From Antedon mediterranea (lineage: Eukaryota > Animalia > Echinodermata), in contig NC_092671.1 in NCBI RefSeq assembly GCF_964355755.1, positions 22,213,317 to 22,277,316 on the forward strand: a stretch of 64,000 bases of DNA, written 5' to 3'. This document shows positions 15,001 to 28,908 of the stretch, one piece after another. The notes under the pieces are model-generated. The model saw only the letters and a program-made list of their open reading frames with translations. It did not search any database and was not told the origin of the DNA. The stretch's first letter is position 1, and each line of letters starts with the position of its first letter. The translations under genes were made by a program, and so were the position numbers.

Positions 15001-18000
15001 ACTTTGTTTCTGATTTTAAAAAAGGTTCATTTGTTTAGGCCTGACATTTACAACCCTCAAAATATCTCACTTTCAAAAAAAATATTTATTTTCAATAAAA
15101 AAAAAGAAGAAAAGAAATATCCCTAGAGGTTCGAACCCACTACTGCGAGCACTCAAACTTGAGCATTACCCGTTGCGCCTCAAACCAGTAGATGACTGAA
15201 GAGCTGATAATACTCTATTTATATGAAATAAATAATAAATCAATGAAAAATAATGCCATGCAACTTTGTTTCTCATTTTAAAAAAGGTTCACTTGTTGAG
15301 GCCGGACATTTACAACCCTCAAAATATCTCACCTTCAAAAACAATATTTATTTTCAAACAAAAAAAAAGAAAAAAAATATCCCTAGAAGTTCGAACCCAC
15401 TATTGAAATCAATCAAACCTGAGCATTACCCGTTACGCCGCAAACCAGTATATGACTGAAGAGCTGATAATAGTCTATTTATATGAAGTGGATGATCAAT
15501 CAATGAAAAATAATGCCATGCAACTTTGTTTCTGATTTTAAAAAAGGTTCACTTGTTTAGGCCTGACAGTTGCAACCCTCAAAATATCTCACTTTCAAAA
15601 ACAATATTTATTTTCAATTAAAAAAAAAATTAAAAAAAATACCCGTATAGGTTCGAACCCACTACTGAGAGCACTCAAACCTGAGCATTACCCGTTACGC
15701 CACAAACCAGTAGATGACTGAGGAGCTGATAATAGTCTATATATATGAAATGAATGATCAATCAATGAAAAATAATGCCATGCAACTTTGTTTCTGATTG
15801 AAAAAAATGTTCACTTGTTTAGGCCTGACATTTACAACCCTCAAAATATCTCACTTTCAAAAACAATATTTATTTTCAATTAAAAAAAAAAAGAAATAAA
15901 ATATCAGTAGAGGTTCGAACCCACTAGTGAGAGCACTGAAACTTGAGCATTACCCGCTACGCCACAAACCAGTAGATGACTGAAGAGCTGATAATACTCT
16001 ATTTATATGAAATAAATAATAAATCAATGAAAAATAATGCCATGCAACTTTGTTTCTGATTTTAAAAAAGATCCATTTGTTTAGGCCTGACATTCACAAC
16101 CCTAAAAAATATCTCATTTTCCCAAAAAATATTTATTTTCAATAAGAAAAAAAAAGCAATATCACTAGAGGTTAAAAATCGCTACTGAGAGCACTCAAAC
16201 CTGGGTATTACCCGTTACGCCACAAACCAGTAGATAAGTAAAGAGCTGATAATAGTCTATTTATATGAAATTAATGATCAATCAATGAAAAATAATGCCA
16301 TGCAACTTTGTTTCTGATTTTAAAAAAGGTTCATTTGTTTAGGCCTGACATTTACAACCCTCAAAATATCTCACTTTCAAAAAAAATATTTATTTTCAAT
16401 AAAAAAAATGAAGAAAAGAAATATCCCTAGAGGTTCGAACCCACTACTGCGAGCACTCAAACTTGAGCATTACCCGTTACGCCTCAAACCAGTAGATGAC
16501 TGAAGAGCTGATAATACTCTATTTATATGAAATAAATAATAAATCAATGAAAAATAATGCCATGCAATTTGTTTCTCATTTTAAAAAAGGTTCACTTGTT
16601 GAGGCCGGACATTTACAACCCTCAAAATATCTCACTTTCAAAAACAATATTTATTTTCAAACAAAAAAAAAGAAAAAAAATATCCCTAGAAGTTCGAACC
16701 CACTATTGAAATCAATCAAACCTGAGCATTACCCGTTACGCCGCAAACCAGTATATGACTGAAGAGCTGATAATAGTCTATTTATATGAAGTGGATGATC
16801 AATCAATGAAAAATAATGCCATGCAACTTTGTTTCTGATTTTAAAAAAGGTTCACTTGTTTAGGCCTGACAGTTGCAACACTCAAAATATCTCACTTTCA
16901 AAAACAATATTTATTTTCAATTAAAAAAAAAATTAAAAAAAATACCCGTATAGGTTCGAACCCACTACTGAGAGCACTCAAACCTGAGCATTACCCGTTA
17001 CGCCACAAACCAGTAGATGACTGAGGAGCTGATAATAGTCTATATATATGAAATGAATGATCAATCAATGAAAAATAATGCCATGCAACTTTGTTTCTGA
17101 TTGAAAAAAATGTTCACTTGTTTAGGCCTGACATTTACAACCCTCAAAATATCTCACTTTCAAAAACAATATTTATTTTCAATTAAAAAAAAAATATCCT
17201 TACAGGTTGGAACCCGCTACTGAGAGCACTCAATCCTGGGTATTACCTGTTACGCCACAAACCAGTAGATACCTGAAGAGCTGATAATAGTCTATTTATA
17301 TGAAATTAATGATCAATCAATGAAAAATAATGCCATGCAACTTAGTTTCTGATTTTAAAAAAGGTTCACTTGTTTAGGCCTGACATTTACAACCCTCAAA
17401 ATATCTCACTTTCAAAAATAATATTATTTTCAATAAAAAAAAAGAAACAAAATATCCGTAGAGGTTCGAACCCACTAGTGAGAGCACTCAATCTTGAGCA
17501 TTACCTGTTACGCCACAAACCAGTAGATGACTGAAGAGCTGATAATACTCTATTTATATGAAATAAATAATAAATAAATGAAAAATAATGTCATGCAACT
17601 TTGTTTCTGATTTTAAAAAAGGTTCATTTCTTTAGGCCTAACATTTACAACCCTAAAAATATCTCACTTAAAAAAAAAAAATTATTTTCAATTAAAAAAA
17701 AAAGAAAAGAAATATCCCTAGGGGGTCGAACCCACTACTGCGAACACTCAAACTTGAGCATTACCCGTTACGCCTCAAACCAGTAGATGACTGAAGAGCT
17801 GATAATACTCTATTTATATGAAATTAATAATAAATCAATGAAAAATAATGCCATGCAACCTTGTTTCTGATTTTAAAAAAGGTTCACTTGTTTAGGCCTG
17901 ACATATACAACCCTCAAAATATTTCACTTTCAAAAACAATATTTATTTTAAATTAAAAAAAAAAAAACCAAAATATCCGTAGAGGTTTGAACCCACTAGT

Positions 18001-21000
18001 GAGAGCACTCAAATTTGAGCATTACCCGTTACACCACAAACCAGTAGATGACTGAAGAGCTGATAATACTCTATTTATATGAAATAAATAATAAATCAAT
18101 GAAAAATAATGCCATGCAACTTTGTTTCTGATTTTAAAAAAGGTCCACTTGTTTAGGCCTGACATTTACAACCCTCAAAATATCTCACTTTCAAAAACAA
18201 TATTTATTTTCAATTTAAAAAAAAAAAATCCCTAGAGGTTCGAACCCCCTACTGAAAGCACTCAAACCTGAGCATTATCCGTTACGCCACAAACCAGTAG
18301 ATGACTGCGGAGCTGATAATAGTCTATTTATATGAAATGAATGATCAATCAATGAAAAATAATGCCATGCAACTTTGTTTCTGATTTTAAAAAAGGTCCA
18401 CTTGTTTAGGCCTGACAGTTGCAACCCTCAAAATATCTCACTTTCAAAAACAATATTTATTTTCAATTAAAAAAAAAAGAAAAAAAATACCCGTATAGGT
18501 TCGAACCCACTACTGAGAGCACTCAAACCTGAGCATTACCCGTTACGCCTCAAACCAGTAGATGACTGAAGAGCTGATAATACTCTATTTATATGAAATG
18601 AATAATAAATCAATGAAAAATAATGCCATGCAACTTTGTTTCTGCTTTTAAAAAAGGTTCACTTGTTTAGGCCTGACATTTACAACCCTCAAAATATCTC
18701 ACCTTCAAAAACAATATTTATTTTCAAATAAAAAAAAAAGAAAAACAATATCCCTAGAAGTTCGAACCCACTATTGAAATCACTCAAACCTGAGCATTAC
18801 CCGTTCGCCGCAAACCAGTATATGACTGAAGAGCTGATAATAGTCTATTTATATGAAATGGATGATCAATCAATGAAAAATAATGCCATGCAACTTTGTT
18901 TCTGATTTTAAAAAAGGTTCACTTGTTTAGGCCTGACAGTTGCAACCCTCAAAATATCTCACTTTCAAAAACAATATTTATTTTCAATAAAAAAAAAAGA
19001 AAAAAAAATACCCGTATAGGTTCGAACCCACTACTGAGAGCACTCAAACCTGAGCATTACACGTTACGCCACAAACCAGTAGATGACTGAGGAGCTAATA
19101 ATAGTCTATATATATGAAATGAATGATCAATCAATGAAAAATAATCCCATGCAACTTTGTTTCTGATTGAAAAAAATGTTCACTTGTTTAGGCCTGACAT
19201 TTACAACCCTCAAAATATCTCACTTTCAAAAACAATATTTATTTTCAAATAAAAAAAAAAAAAATATCCCTAGAAGTTCGAACCCACTATTGAAATCACT
19301 CAAAACTGAGCATTACCCGTTACGGCGCAAACCAGTATATAACTGAGGAGCTGATAATAGTCTATTTATATGAAATGGATGATCAACCAATGAAAAATAA
19401 TGCCATGCAACTTTGTTTCTGATTTTAAAAAAGGTCCACTTGTTTAGGCCTGACATTTACAACCCTCAAAATATCTCACTTTCAAAAACAATATTTATTT
19501 TCAATTTTAAAAAAAGAAAAAAAATACCCGTATAGGTTCGAACCCACTACTAAGAGCACTCAAACCTGAGCATTACCCGTTACGCCACAAACCAGTAGAT
19601 GACTGAGGAGCTGATAATAGTCTATATATATGAAATGAATGATCAATCAATGAAAAATAATGCCATGATACTTTTTTTCTGATTGAAAAAAATGTTCACT
19701 TGTTTAGGCCTGACATTTACAACTCTCAAAATATCTCACTTTCAAAAACAATATTTATTTTCCAAAAAAAAAAAATATCCTTACAGGTTCGAACCCGCTA
19801 CTGAGAGCACTCAAACCTGGGTATTACCCGTTACGCCACAAACCAGTAGATAACTGAAGAGCTGATAATAGTCTATTTATATGAAATTAATGATCAATCA
19901 ATGAAAAATAATGCCATGCAACTTTGTTTCTGATTTTTAAAAAGATCCATTTGTTTAGGCCTGACATTCACAACCCTAAAAAATATCTCATTTTCAAAAA
20001 AAAATATTTATTTTAAATAATAAAAAAAAAGCAATATCCCTAGAGGTTGGAACCCGCTACTGAGAGCACTCAAACCTGGGTATTACCCGTTACGCCACAA
20101 ACCAGTAGATAACTGATGAGTTGATAATAGTCTATTTATATGAAATTAATGATCAATCAATGAAAAATAATGCCATGCAACTTAGTTTCTGATTTTAAAA
20201 AAGGTTCACTTGTTTAGGCCTGACATTTACAACCCTCAAAATATCTCACTTTCAAAAATAATATTATTTTCAATAAAAAAAAAGAAACAAAATATCCGTA
20301 GAGGTTCGAACCCACTAGTGAGAGCACTCAATCTTGAGCATTACCTGTTACGCCACAAACCAGTAGATGACTGAAGAGCTGATAATACTCTATTTATATG
20401 AAATAAATAATAAATAAATGAAAAATAATGTCATGCAACTTTGTTTCTGATTTTAAAAAAGGTTCATTTCTTTAGGCCTGACATTTACAACCCTAAAAAT
20501 ATCTCACTTAAAAAAAAAAAATTATTTTCAATTAAAAAAAAAGAAAAGAAATATCCCTAGGGGGTCGAACCCACTACTGCGAACACTCAAACTTGAGCAT
20601 TACCCGTTACGCCTCAAACCAGTAGATGACTGAAGAGCTGATAATACTCTATTTATATGAAATTAATAATAAATCAATGAAAAATAATGCCATGCAACCT
20701 TGTTTCTGATTTTAAAAAAGGTTCACTTGTTTAGGCCTGACATATACAACCCTCAAAATATTTCACTTTCAAAAACAATATTTATTTTAAATTAAAAAAA
20801 AAAAAACCAAAATATCCGTAGAGGTTTGAACCCACTAGTGAGAGCACTCAAATTTGAGCATTACCCGTTACACCACAAACCAGTAGATGACTGAAGAGCT
20901 GATAATACTCTATTTATATGAAATAAATAATAAATCAATGAAAAATAATGCCATGCAACTTTGTTTCTGATTTTAAAAAAGGTCCACTTGTTTAGGCCTG

Positions 21001-24000
21001 ACATTTACAACCCTCAAAATATCTCACTTTCAAAAACAATATTTATTTTCAATTTAAAAAAAAAAAATCCCTAGAGGTTCGAACCCCCTACTGAAAGCAC
21101 TCAAACCTGAGCATTATCCGTTACGCCACAAACCAGTAGATGACTGCGGAGCTGATAATAGTCTATTTATATGAAATGAATGATCAATCAATGAAAAATA
21201 ATGCCATGCAACTTTGTTTCTGATTTTAAAAAAGGTCCACTTGTTTAGGCCTGACAGTTGCAACCCTCAAAATATCTCACTTTCAAAAACAATATTTATT
21301 TTCAATTAAAAAAAAAAGAAAAAAAATACCCGTATAGGTTCGAACCCACTACTGAGAGCACTCAAACCTGAGCATTACCCGTTACGCCTCAAACCAGTAG
21401 ATGACTGAAGAGCTGATAATACTCTATTTATATGAAATGAATAATAAATCAATGAAAAATAATGCCATGCAACTTTGTTTCTGATTTTAAAAAAGGTTCA
21501 CTTGTTTAGGCCTGACATTTACAACCCTCAAAATATCTCACCTTCAAAAACAATATTTATTTTCAAATAAAAAAAAAGAAAAACAATATCCCTAGAAGTT
21601 CGAACCCACTATTGAAATCACTCAAACCTGAGCATTACCCGTTCGCCGCAAACCAGTATATGACTGAAGAGCTGATAATAGTCTATTTATATGAAATGGA
21701 TGATCAATCAATGAAAAATAATGCCATGCAACTTTGTTTCTGATTTTAAAAAAGGTTCACTTGTTTAGGCCTGACAGTTGCAACCCTCAAAATATCTCAC
21801 TTTCAAAAACAATATTTATTTTCAATAAAAAAAAAAGAAAAAAAAATACCCGTATAGGTTCGAACCCACTACTGAGAGCACTCAAACCTGAGCATTACAC
21901 GTTACGCCACAAACCAGTAGATGACTGAGGAGCTAATAATAGTCTATATATATGAAATGAATGATCAATCAATGAAAAATAATCCCATGCAACTTTGTTT
22001 CTGATTGAAAAAAATGTTCACTTGTTTAGGCCTGACATTTACAACCCTCAAAATATCTCACTTTCAAAAACAATATTTATTTTCAAATAAAAAAAAAAAA
22101 AATATCCCTAGAAGTTCGAACCCACTATTGAAATCACTCAAAACTGAGCATTACCCGTTACGGCGCAAACCAGTATATAACTGAGGAGCTGATAATAGTC
22201 TATTTATATGAAATGGATGATCAACCAATGAAAAATAATGCCATGCAACTTTGTTTCTGATTTTAAAAAAGGTCCACTTGTTTAGGCCTGACATTTACAA
22301 CCCTCAAAATATCTCACTTTCAAAAACAATATTTATTTTCAATTTTAAAAAAAGAAAAAAAATACCCGTATAGGTTCGAACCCACTACTAAGAGCACTCA
22401 AACCTGAGCATTACCCGTTACGCCACAAACCAGTAGATGACTGAGGAGCTGATAATAGTCTATATATATGAAATGAATGATCAATCAATGAAAAATAATG
22501 CCATGATACTTTTTTTCTGATTGAAAAAAATGTTCACTTGTTTAGGCCTGACATTTACAACTCTCAAAATATCTCACTTTCAAAAACAATATTTATTTTC
22601 CAAAAAAAAAAAATATCCTTACAGGTTCGAACCCGCTACTGAGAGCACTCAAACCTGGGTATTACCCGTTACGCCACAAACCAGTAGATAACTGAAGAGC
22701 TGATAATAGTCTATTTATATGAAATTAATGATCAATCAATGAAAAATAATGCCATGCAACTTTGTTTCTGATTTTAAAAAAGGTTCACTTGTTTAAGCCT
22801 GACATTTACAACCCTCAAATTATCTCACTTTCAAAAACAATATTATTTTCAATTAAAAAAAAAAGAAACAAAATATCACTAGAGGTTCGAACCCACTAGT
22901 GAGAGCACTCAAACTTGAGCATTACCCGTTACGCCACAAACCAGTAGATGACTGAAGAGCTGATAATACTCTATTTATATGAAATAAATAATAAATCAAT
23001 GAAAAATAATGCCATGCAAGTTTGTTTCTGATTTTAAAAAAGGTTCATTTGTTTAGGCTTGACATTTACAACCCTCAAAATATCTCACTTTCAAAAAAAA
23101 TATTTATTTTCAATTAAAAAAAAAAAAAAGAAATATCCCTAGAGGTCCGAACCCACTACTGCGAGCACTCAAACTTGAGCATTACCCGTTACGCCTCAAA
23201 CCAGTAGAAGACTGAAGAGCTGATAATACTCTATTTATATGAAATGAATAATAAATCAATGAAAAATAATGCCATGCAACTTTGTTTCTGATTTTAAAAA
23301 AGGTTCACTTGTTTAGGCCTGACATTTACAACCCTCAAAATATCTCACCTTCAAAAACAATATTTATTTTCAAATAAAAAAAAAAGAAAAACAATATCCC
23401 TAGAAGTTCGAACCCACTATTGAAATCACTCAAACCTGAGCATTACCCGTTCGCCGCAAACCAGTATATGACGGAAGAGCTGATAATAGTCTATTTATAT
23501 GAAATGGATGATCAATCAATGAAAAATAATGCCATGCAACTTTGTTTCTGATTTTAAAAAAGGTTCACTTGTTTAGGCCTGACAGTTGCAACCCTCAAAA
23601 TATCTCACTTTCAAAAACAATATATATTTTCAATAAAAAAAAAAGAAAAAAAAAATACCCGTATAGGTTCGAACCCACTACTGAGAGCACTCAAACCTGA
23701 GCATTACACGTTACGCCACAAACCAGTAGATGACTGAGGAGCTAATAATAGTCTATATATATGAAATGAATGATCAATCAATGAAAAATAATCCCATGCA
23801 ACTTTGTTTCTGATTGAAAAAAATGTTCACTTGTTTAGGCCTGACAGTTGCAACCCTCAAAATATCTCACTTTCAAAAACAATATTTATTTTCAATAAAA
23901 AAAAAAGAAAAAAAAAATACCCGTATAGGTTCGAACCCACTACTGAGAGCACTCAAACCTGAGCATTACACGTTACGCCACAAACCAGTAGATGACTGAG

Positions 24001-26927
24001 GAGCTAATAATAGTCTATATATATGAAATGAATGATCAATCAATGAAAAATAATGCCATGCAACTTTGTTTCTGATTGAAAAAAATGTTCACTTGTTTAG
24101 GCCTGACATTTACAACCCTCAAAATATCTCACTTTCAAAAACAATATTTATTTTCAAATAAAAAAAAAAAAAATATCCCTAGAAGTTCGAACCCACTATT
24201 GAAATCACTCAAAACTGAGCATTACCCGTTACGGCGCAAACCAGTATATAACTGAGGAGCTGATAATAGTCTATTTATATGAAATGGATGATCAACCAAT
24301 GAAAAATAATGCCATGCAACTTTGTTTCTGATTTTAAAAAAGGTCCACTTGTTTAGGCCTGACATTTACAACCCTCAAAATATCTCACTTTCAAAAACAA
24401 TATTTATTTTCAATTTAAAAAAAAGAAAAAAAAATACCCGTATAGGTTCGAACCCACTACTAAGAGCACTCAAACCTGAGCATTACCCGTTACGCCACAA
24501 ACCAGTAGATGACTGAGGAGCTGATAATAGTCTATATATATTAAATGAATGATCAATCAATGAAAAATAATGCCATGATACTTTTTTTCTGATTGAAAAA
24601 AATGTTCACTTGTTTAGGCCTGACATTTACAACTCTCAAAATATCTCACTTTCAAAAACAATATTTATTTTCCAAAAAAAAAAATATCCTTACAGGTTCG
24701 AACCCGCTACTGAGAGCACTCAAACCTGGGTATTACCCGTTACGCCACAAACCAGTAGATAACTGAAGAGCTGATAATAGTCTATTTATATGAAATTAAT
24801 GATCAATCAATGAAAAATAATGCCATGCAACTTTGTTTCTGATTTTAAAAAAGGTTCACTTGTTTAAGCCTGACATTTACAACCCTCAAAATATCTCACT
24901 TTCAAAAACAATATTATTTTCAATTAAAAAAAAAAAGAAACAAAATATCAGTAGAGGTTCGAACCCACTAGTGAGAGCACTCAAACTTGAGCATTACCCG
25001 TTACGCCACAAACCAGTAGATGACTGAAGAGCTGATAATACTCTATTTATATGAAATAAATAATAAATCAATGAAAAATAATGCCATGCAAGTTTGTTTC
25101 TGATTTTAAAAAAGGTTCATTTGTTTAGGCTTGACATTTACAACCCTCAAAATATCTCACTTTCAAAAAAAATATTTATTTTCAATTAAAAAAAAAAGAA
25201 AAGAAATATCCCTAGAGGTCCGAACCCACTACTGCGAGCACTCAAACTTGAGCATTACCCGTTACGCTACAAACCAGTAGATGACTGAAGAGGTGATAAT
25301 AGTCTATTTATATGAAATTAATGATCAATCAATGAAAAATAATGCCATGCAACATTGTTTCTGATTTTAAAAAAGGTTCATTTGTTTAGGCCTGACATTT
25401 ACAACCCTCAAAATATCTCACTTTCAACAAAAATATTTATTTTCAATAAAAAAAAAAGAAGAAACATCCCTAGAGGTTCGAACCCACTACTGCGAGCACT
25501 CAAACTTGAGCATTACTCGTTGCTCCTTAAACTAGTAGATGACTGAAGAGCTGATAATACTCTATTTATATGGAATGAATAATAAATCAATGAAAAATAA
25601 TGCCATGCAACTTTGTTTCTGATTTAAAAAAAAGGTTCACTTGTTTAGGCCTGATATTTACAACCCTCAAAATATCTCACTTTCAAAAACAATATTTATT
25701 TTCAATTAAAAAAAAAAAGAAAAAAAATATCCCTAGAAGTTCGAACCCACTATTGAAATCACTCAAACTTGAGCGTTACCCGTTACGCCGCAAACAAGTA
25801 TATGACTGAAGAGCTGATAATAGTCTATTTATATGAAATGGATGATCAACCAATGAAAAATAATGCCATGCAACTTTGTTTCTGATTTTAAAAAGGTTCA
25901 CTTGTTTAGGCCTGACAGTTGCAACCCTCAAAATATCTCACTTTCAAAAACAATATTTATTTTCAATTAAAAAAAAAAGAGAACAAAATACCCGTATAGG
26001 TTCGAACCCACTACTGAGAGCACTCAAACCTGAGCATTACCCGTTACGCCACAAACCAGAAGATGACTGAGGAGCTGATAATAGTCTATATATATGAAAT
26101 GAATGATCAATCAATGAAAAATAATGCCATGCAACTTTGTTTCTGATTGAAAAAAATGTTCACTTGTTTAGGCCTGACATTTAGAACCAACCCTCAAAAT
26201 ATCACACTTTAAAAACAATATTTATTTTCAAATAAAAAAAAAATATCCTTACAGGTTGGAACCCGCTACTGAGAGCACTCAAACCTGGGTATTACCCGTT
26301 ACGCCACAAACCAGTAGATAACTGAAGAGCTGATAATACTCTATTTATATGAAATAAATAATAAATCAATGAAAAATAATGCCAAGCAAGTTTGTTTCTG
26401 ATTTTAAAAAAGGTTCATTTGTTTAGGCTTGACATTTACAACCCTCAAAATATCTCACTTTCAAAAACAATGTTTATTTTCAATTAAAAAAAAAAGAAAA
26501 AAAATACCCGTATAGGTTCGAACCCACTACTGAGAGCACTCAAACCTGAGCATTACCCGTTACGCCACAAACCAGTAGATGACTGAGGAGCTGATAATAG
26601 TCTATATATATAAAATAAATGATCAATCAATGAAAAATAATGCCATGCAACTTTGTTTCTGATTTTAAAAAAGGTCCACTTGTTTAGGCCTGACATTTAC
26701 AACCCTCAAAATATCTCACTTTCAAAAACCATATTTATTTTCAATTTTTAAAAAAAGAAGAAATATCCCTAGAGGTTCGAACCCACTACTGCGAGCACTC
26801 AAACTTGAGCATTACCCGTTACGCCACAAACCAGTAGATAACTGAAGAGCTGATAATAGTCTATTTATATGAAATGAATGATCAATCAATGAAAAATAAT
26901 GCCTTGCAACTTTGTTTCTGATTTTAA
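1..26927. repeat. Tandem satellite array, ~260-bp tRNA-derived monomer (~103 copies), left block, runs off window start
   Basis: Motifs such as ggttcgaacccact...cattacccgttacgccacaaaccagtagatgactgaagagctgataat recur every ~260 bp, head to tail, with an A-tract of variable length in each monomer. Confidence 0.98.
761..887 (-). promoter_or_regulatory. Example monomer Pol III cassette: TATA (880-887), putative start ~857, A box (834-844), B box (791-801), oligo-T terminator (761-781)
   Basis: Minus strand reads TATAAATA-N22-A(TCTACTGGTTTG)TGGCGTAACGG...GGGTTCGAACCT...TTTT. Matches A box TRGCNNARYGG and B box GTTCRANNC at tRNA-like spacing. Activity is not shown. Confidence 0.7.
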
Positions 26928-27006
26928 CAAGCACGAATGTGCAAAACTCGGGGTACAGCGAAAGAAGCTGTATACAGACGTATACAGTTAGAAAGTAAAG
27001 AAAATA

Positions 27007-27077
27007 GGTTTCGCCAGGGCTCGAACCGGGACCTTCTGCGTGTTAAGCAGACTTGACAACCACTACACTACGAAACC
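27007..27077 (-). tRNA. tRNA-Val(AAC) gene or pseudogene inside the HINE
   Basis: GGTTTCG TAGTGTAGTGGTTGTCAAG TCTGC TTAACAC GCAGA AGGT CCCGG TTCGAGC CCTGG CGAAACC: perfect 7-bp acceptor stem and 5-bp anticodon stem with AAC; mismatches in the D and T stems; TTTT follows. Confidence 0.8.
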
Positions 27078-27289
27078 TCTTACAATAAAAATGTGGGTTA
27101 CAGAAAGTTGTTTAATCCATTTAAATTACAAATAAATGGTAATAAGCACAAAGCAAAATAAACATGTGTAAAAGTGATAATTACCGATTACACAAAATAA
27201 GTATTTTAAAAAATAATAAAAATAAGATATACTCTGTATAATTATCATATTGCGTATACAGTACTTTTCACCATAAAGTTTAAAAAAAA

Positions 27290-27361
27290 GGTTTCGTCCG
27301 GGCTCGAACCAGGTACCTTCTGCGTGTTAAGCAAACGTGATAACCACTACGCCAAGAATCC
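27290..27361 (-). pseudogene. Second, more degenerate tRNA-Val(AAC) copy inside the HINE
   Basis: GGATTCTTGGCGTAGTGGTTATCACGTTTGCTTAACACGCAGAAGGTACCTGGTTCGAGCCCGGACGAAACC followed by an oligo-T run; two acceptor-stem mismatches; 283 bp from the first copy. Confidence 0.8.
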
Positions 27362-27629
27362 GCATATAACCATATAACTACATAACGCTGTGGTGTGTGT
27401 CACACATTGTGGCTTCTTAATTAAACAAATTAATTAACAAACAATTAAAAATCCGGCTCTATAGCTTTGAGGACATGTCCCTGTAGTATGTTCATGCCAA
27501 ATCCCAGCTCAATACTATAACGAATAAGGGAGGAGTAGTACTTTAAAAATCGCACTTTTTACTCAATAGTGTCCAGATGGAGGAAGAGAAGGAGAAAATG
27601 AGTAAGTACTAGACTCGGGTACCCCAAGT

Positions 27630-28850
27630 AAAAAAGGTTCACTTGTTTAGGCCTGACAGTTGCAACCCTCAAAATATCTCACTTTCAAAAACAATATTTA
27701 TTTTCAATTAAAAAAAAAATATCCTTACAGGTTGGAACCCGCTACTGAGAGCACTCAAACCTGGGTATTACCCGTTACGCCACAAACCAGTAGATAACTG
27801 AAGAGCTGATAATAATCTATTTATATGAAATTAATGATCAATCAATGAAAAATAATGCCATGCAACTTTGTTTCTGATTTTTAAAAAGGTTCACTTGTTT
27901 AGGCCTGACATTTACAACCCTCAAAATATCTCACTTTCAAAAACAATATTATTTTCAATTAAAAAAAAGAAAGAAACAAAATATCAGTAGAGGTTCGAAC
28001 CCACTAGTGAGGGCACTCAAACTTGAGCATTACCCGTTACGCCACAAACCAGTAGATGACTGAAGAGCTGATAATACTCTATTTATATGAAATAAATAAT
28101 AAATCAATGAAAAATAATGCCATGCAAGTTGGTTTCTGATTTTAAAAAAGGTTCATTTGTTTAGGCTTGACATTTACAACCCTCAAAATATCTCACTTTC
28201 AAAAAAAATATTTATTTTCAATTAAAAAAAAAAGAAAAGAAATATCCCTAGAGGTCCGAACCCACTACTGCGAGCACTCAAACTTGAGCATTACCCGTTA
28301 CGCCACAAACCAGTAGATGACTGAGGAGCTGATAATAGTCTATTTATATGAAATAAATGATCAATCTATGAAAAATTATGTCATGCAACTTTGTTTCTGA
28401 TTTTAAAAAAGGTCCACTTGTTTAGGCCTGACATTTACAACCCTCAAAATATCTCACTTTCAAAAACAATATTTATTTTCAATTAAAAAAAAAAAGAAAA
28501 ATAATATTCGTAGATGTTCGAACCCACTACTGCGAGAACTCAAACCTGAGCACTACCGGTTACGCCACAAACCAGTAGATGACTGAAGAGCTGATAACAG
28601 TCTATTTATATGAAATGAATGATCAATCAATGAAAAATAATGCCATTCAACTTTGTTTCTGATTGAAAAAAATGTCCACTTGTTTAGGCCTGACATTTAC
28701 AACCTTCAAAATATCTCACTTTCAAAAACAATATTTATTTTCTAATTACAGGTTCGAACCCACTACTGGGAGCACTCAAAACTGAGCATTACCCGTTATG
28801 CCATAAAGTAGTACACGACAGAACAGTTTATAATAGTCTATTTATAAGTG
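27630..28850. repeat. Same satellite, ~4.7 monomers between the HINE insertion and the central island
   Basis: Resumes in phase at aaaaaaggttcacttg (27630); the last monomer lacks the A-tract and diverges after ~28800. Confidence 0.95.
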
Positions 28851-28908
28851 TATTACGTAATTCATCAATACGTCATAAATATCATATTAACCTTTTTAAA
28901 ACCAACAT

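Larger units (their letters stand above)
26928..27629 (-). mobile_element. Non-autonomous Helentron-associated element (HINE/DINE-1-like) inserted in a satellite monomer
   Basis: Subterminal inverted repeats actcggggtac (26946-26956) and gtaccccaagt (27619-27629), 10/11 match; terminal hairpin gcac-gaat-gtgc (26931-26942) ending CTTGTT on the minus strand; palindrome at the other end; purine-rich simple repeat ~27579-27598; inserted into an A/T run without a clear TSD; satellite phase preserved. Confidence 0.75.
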
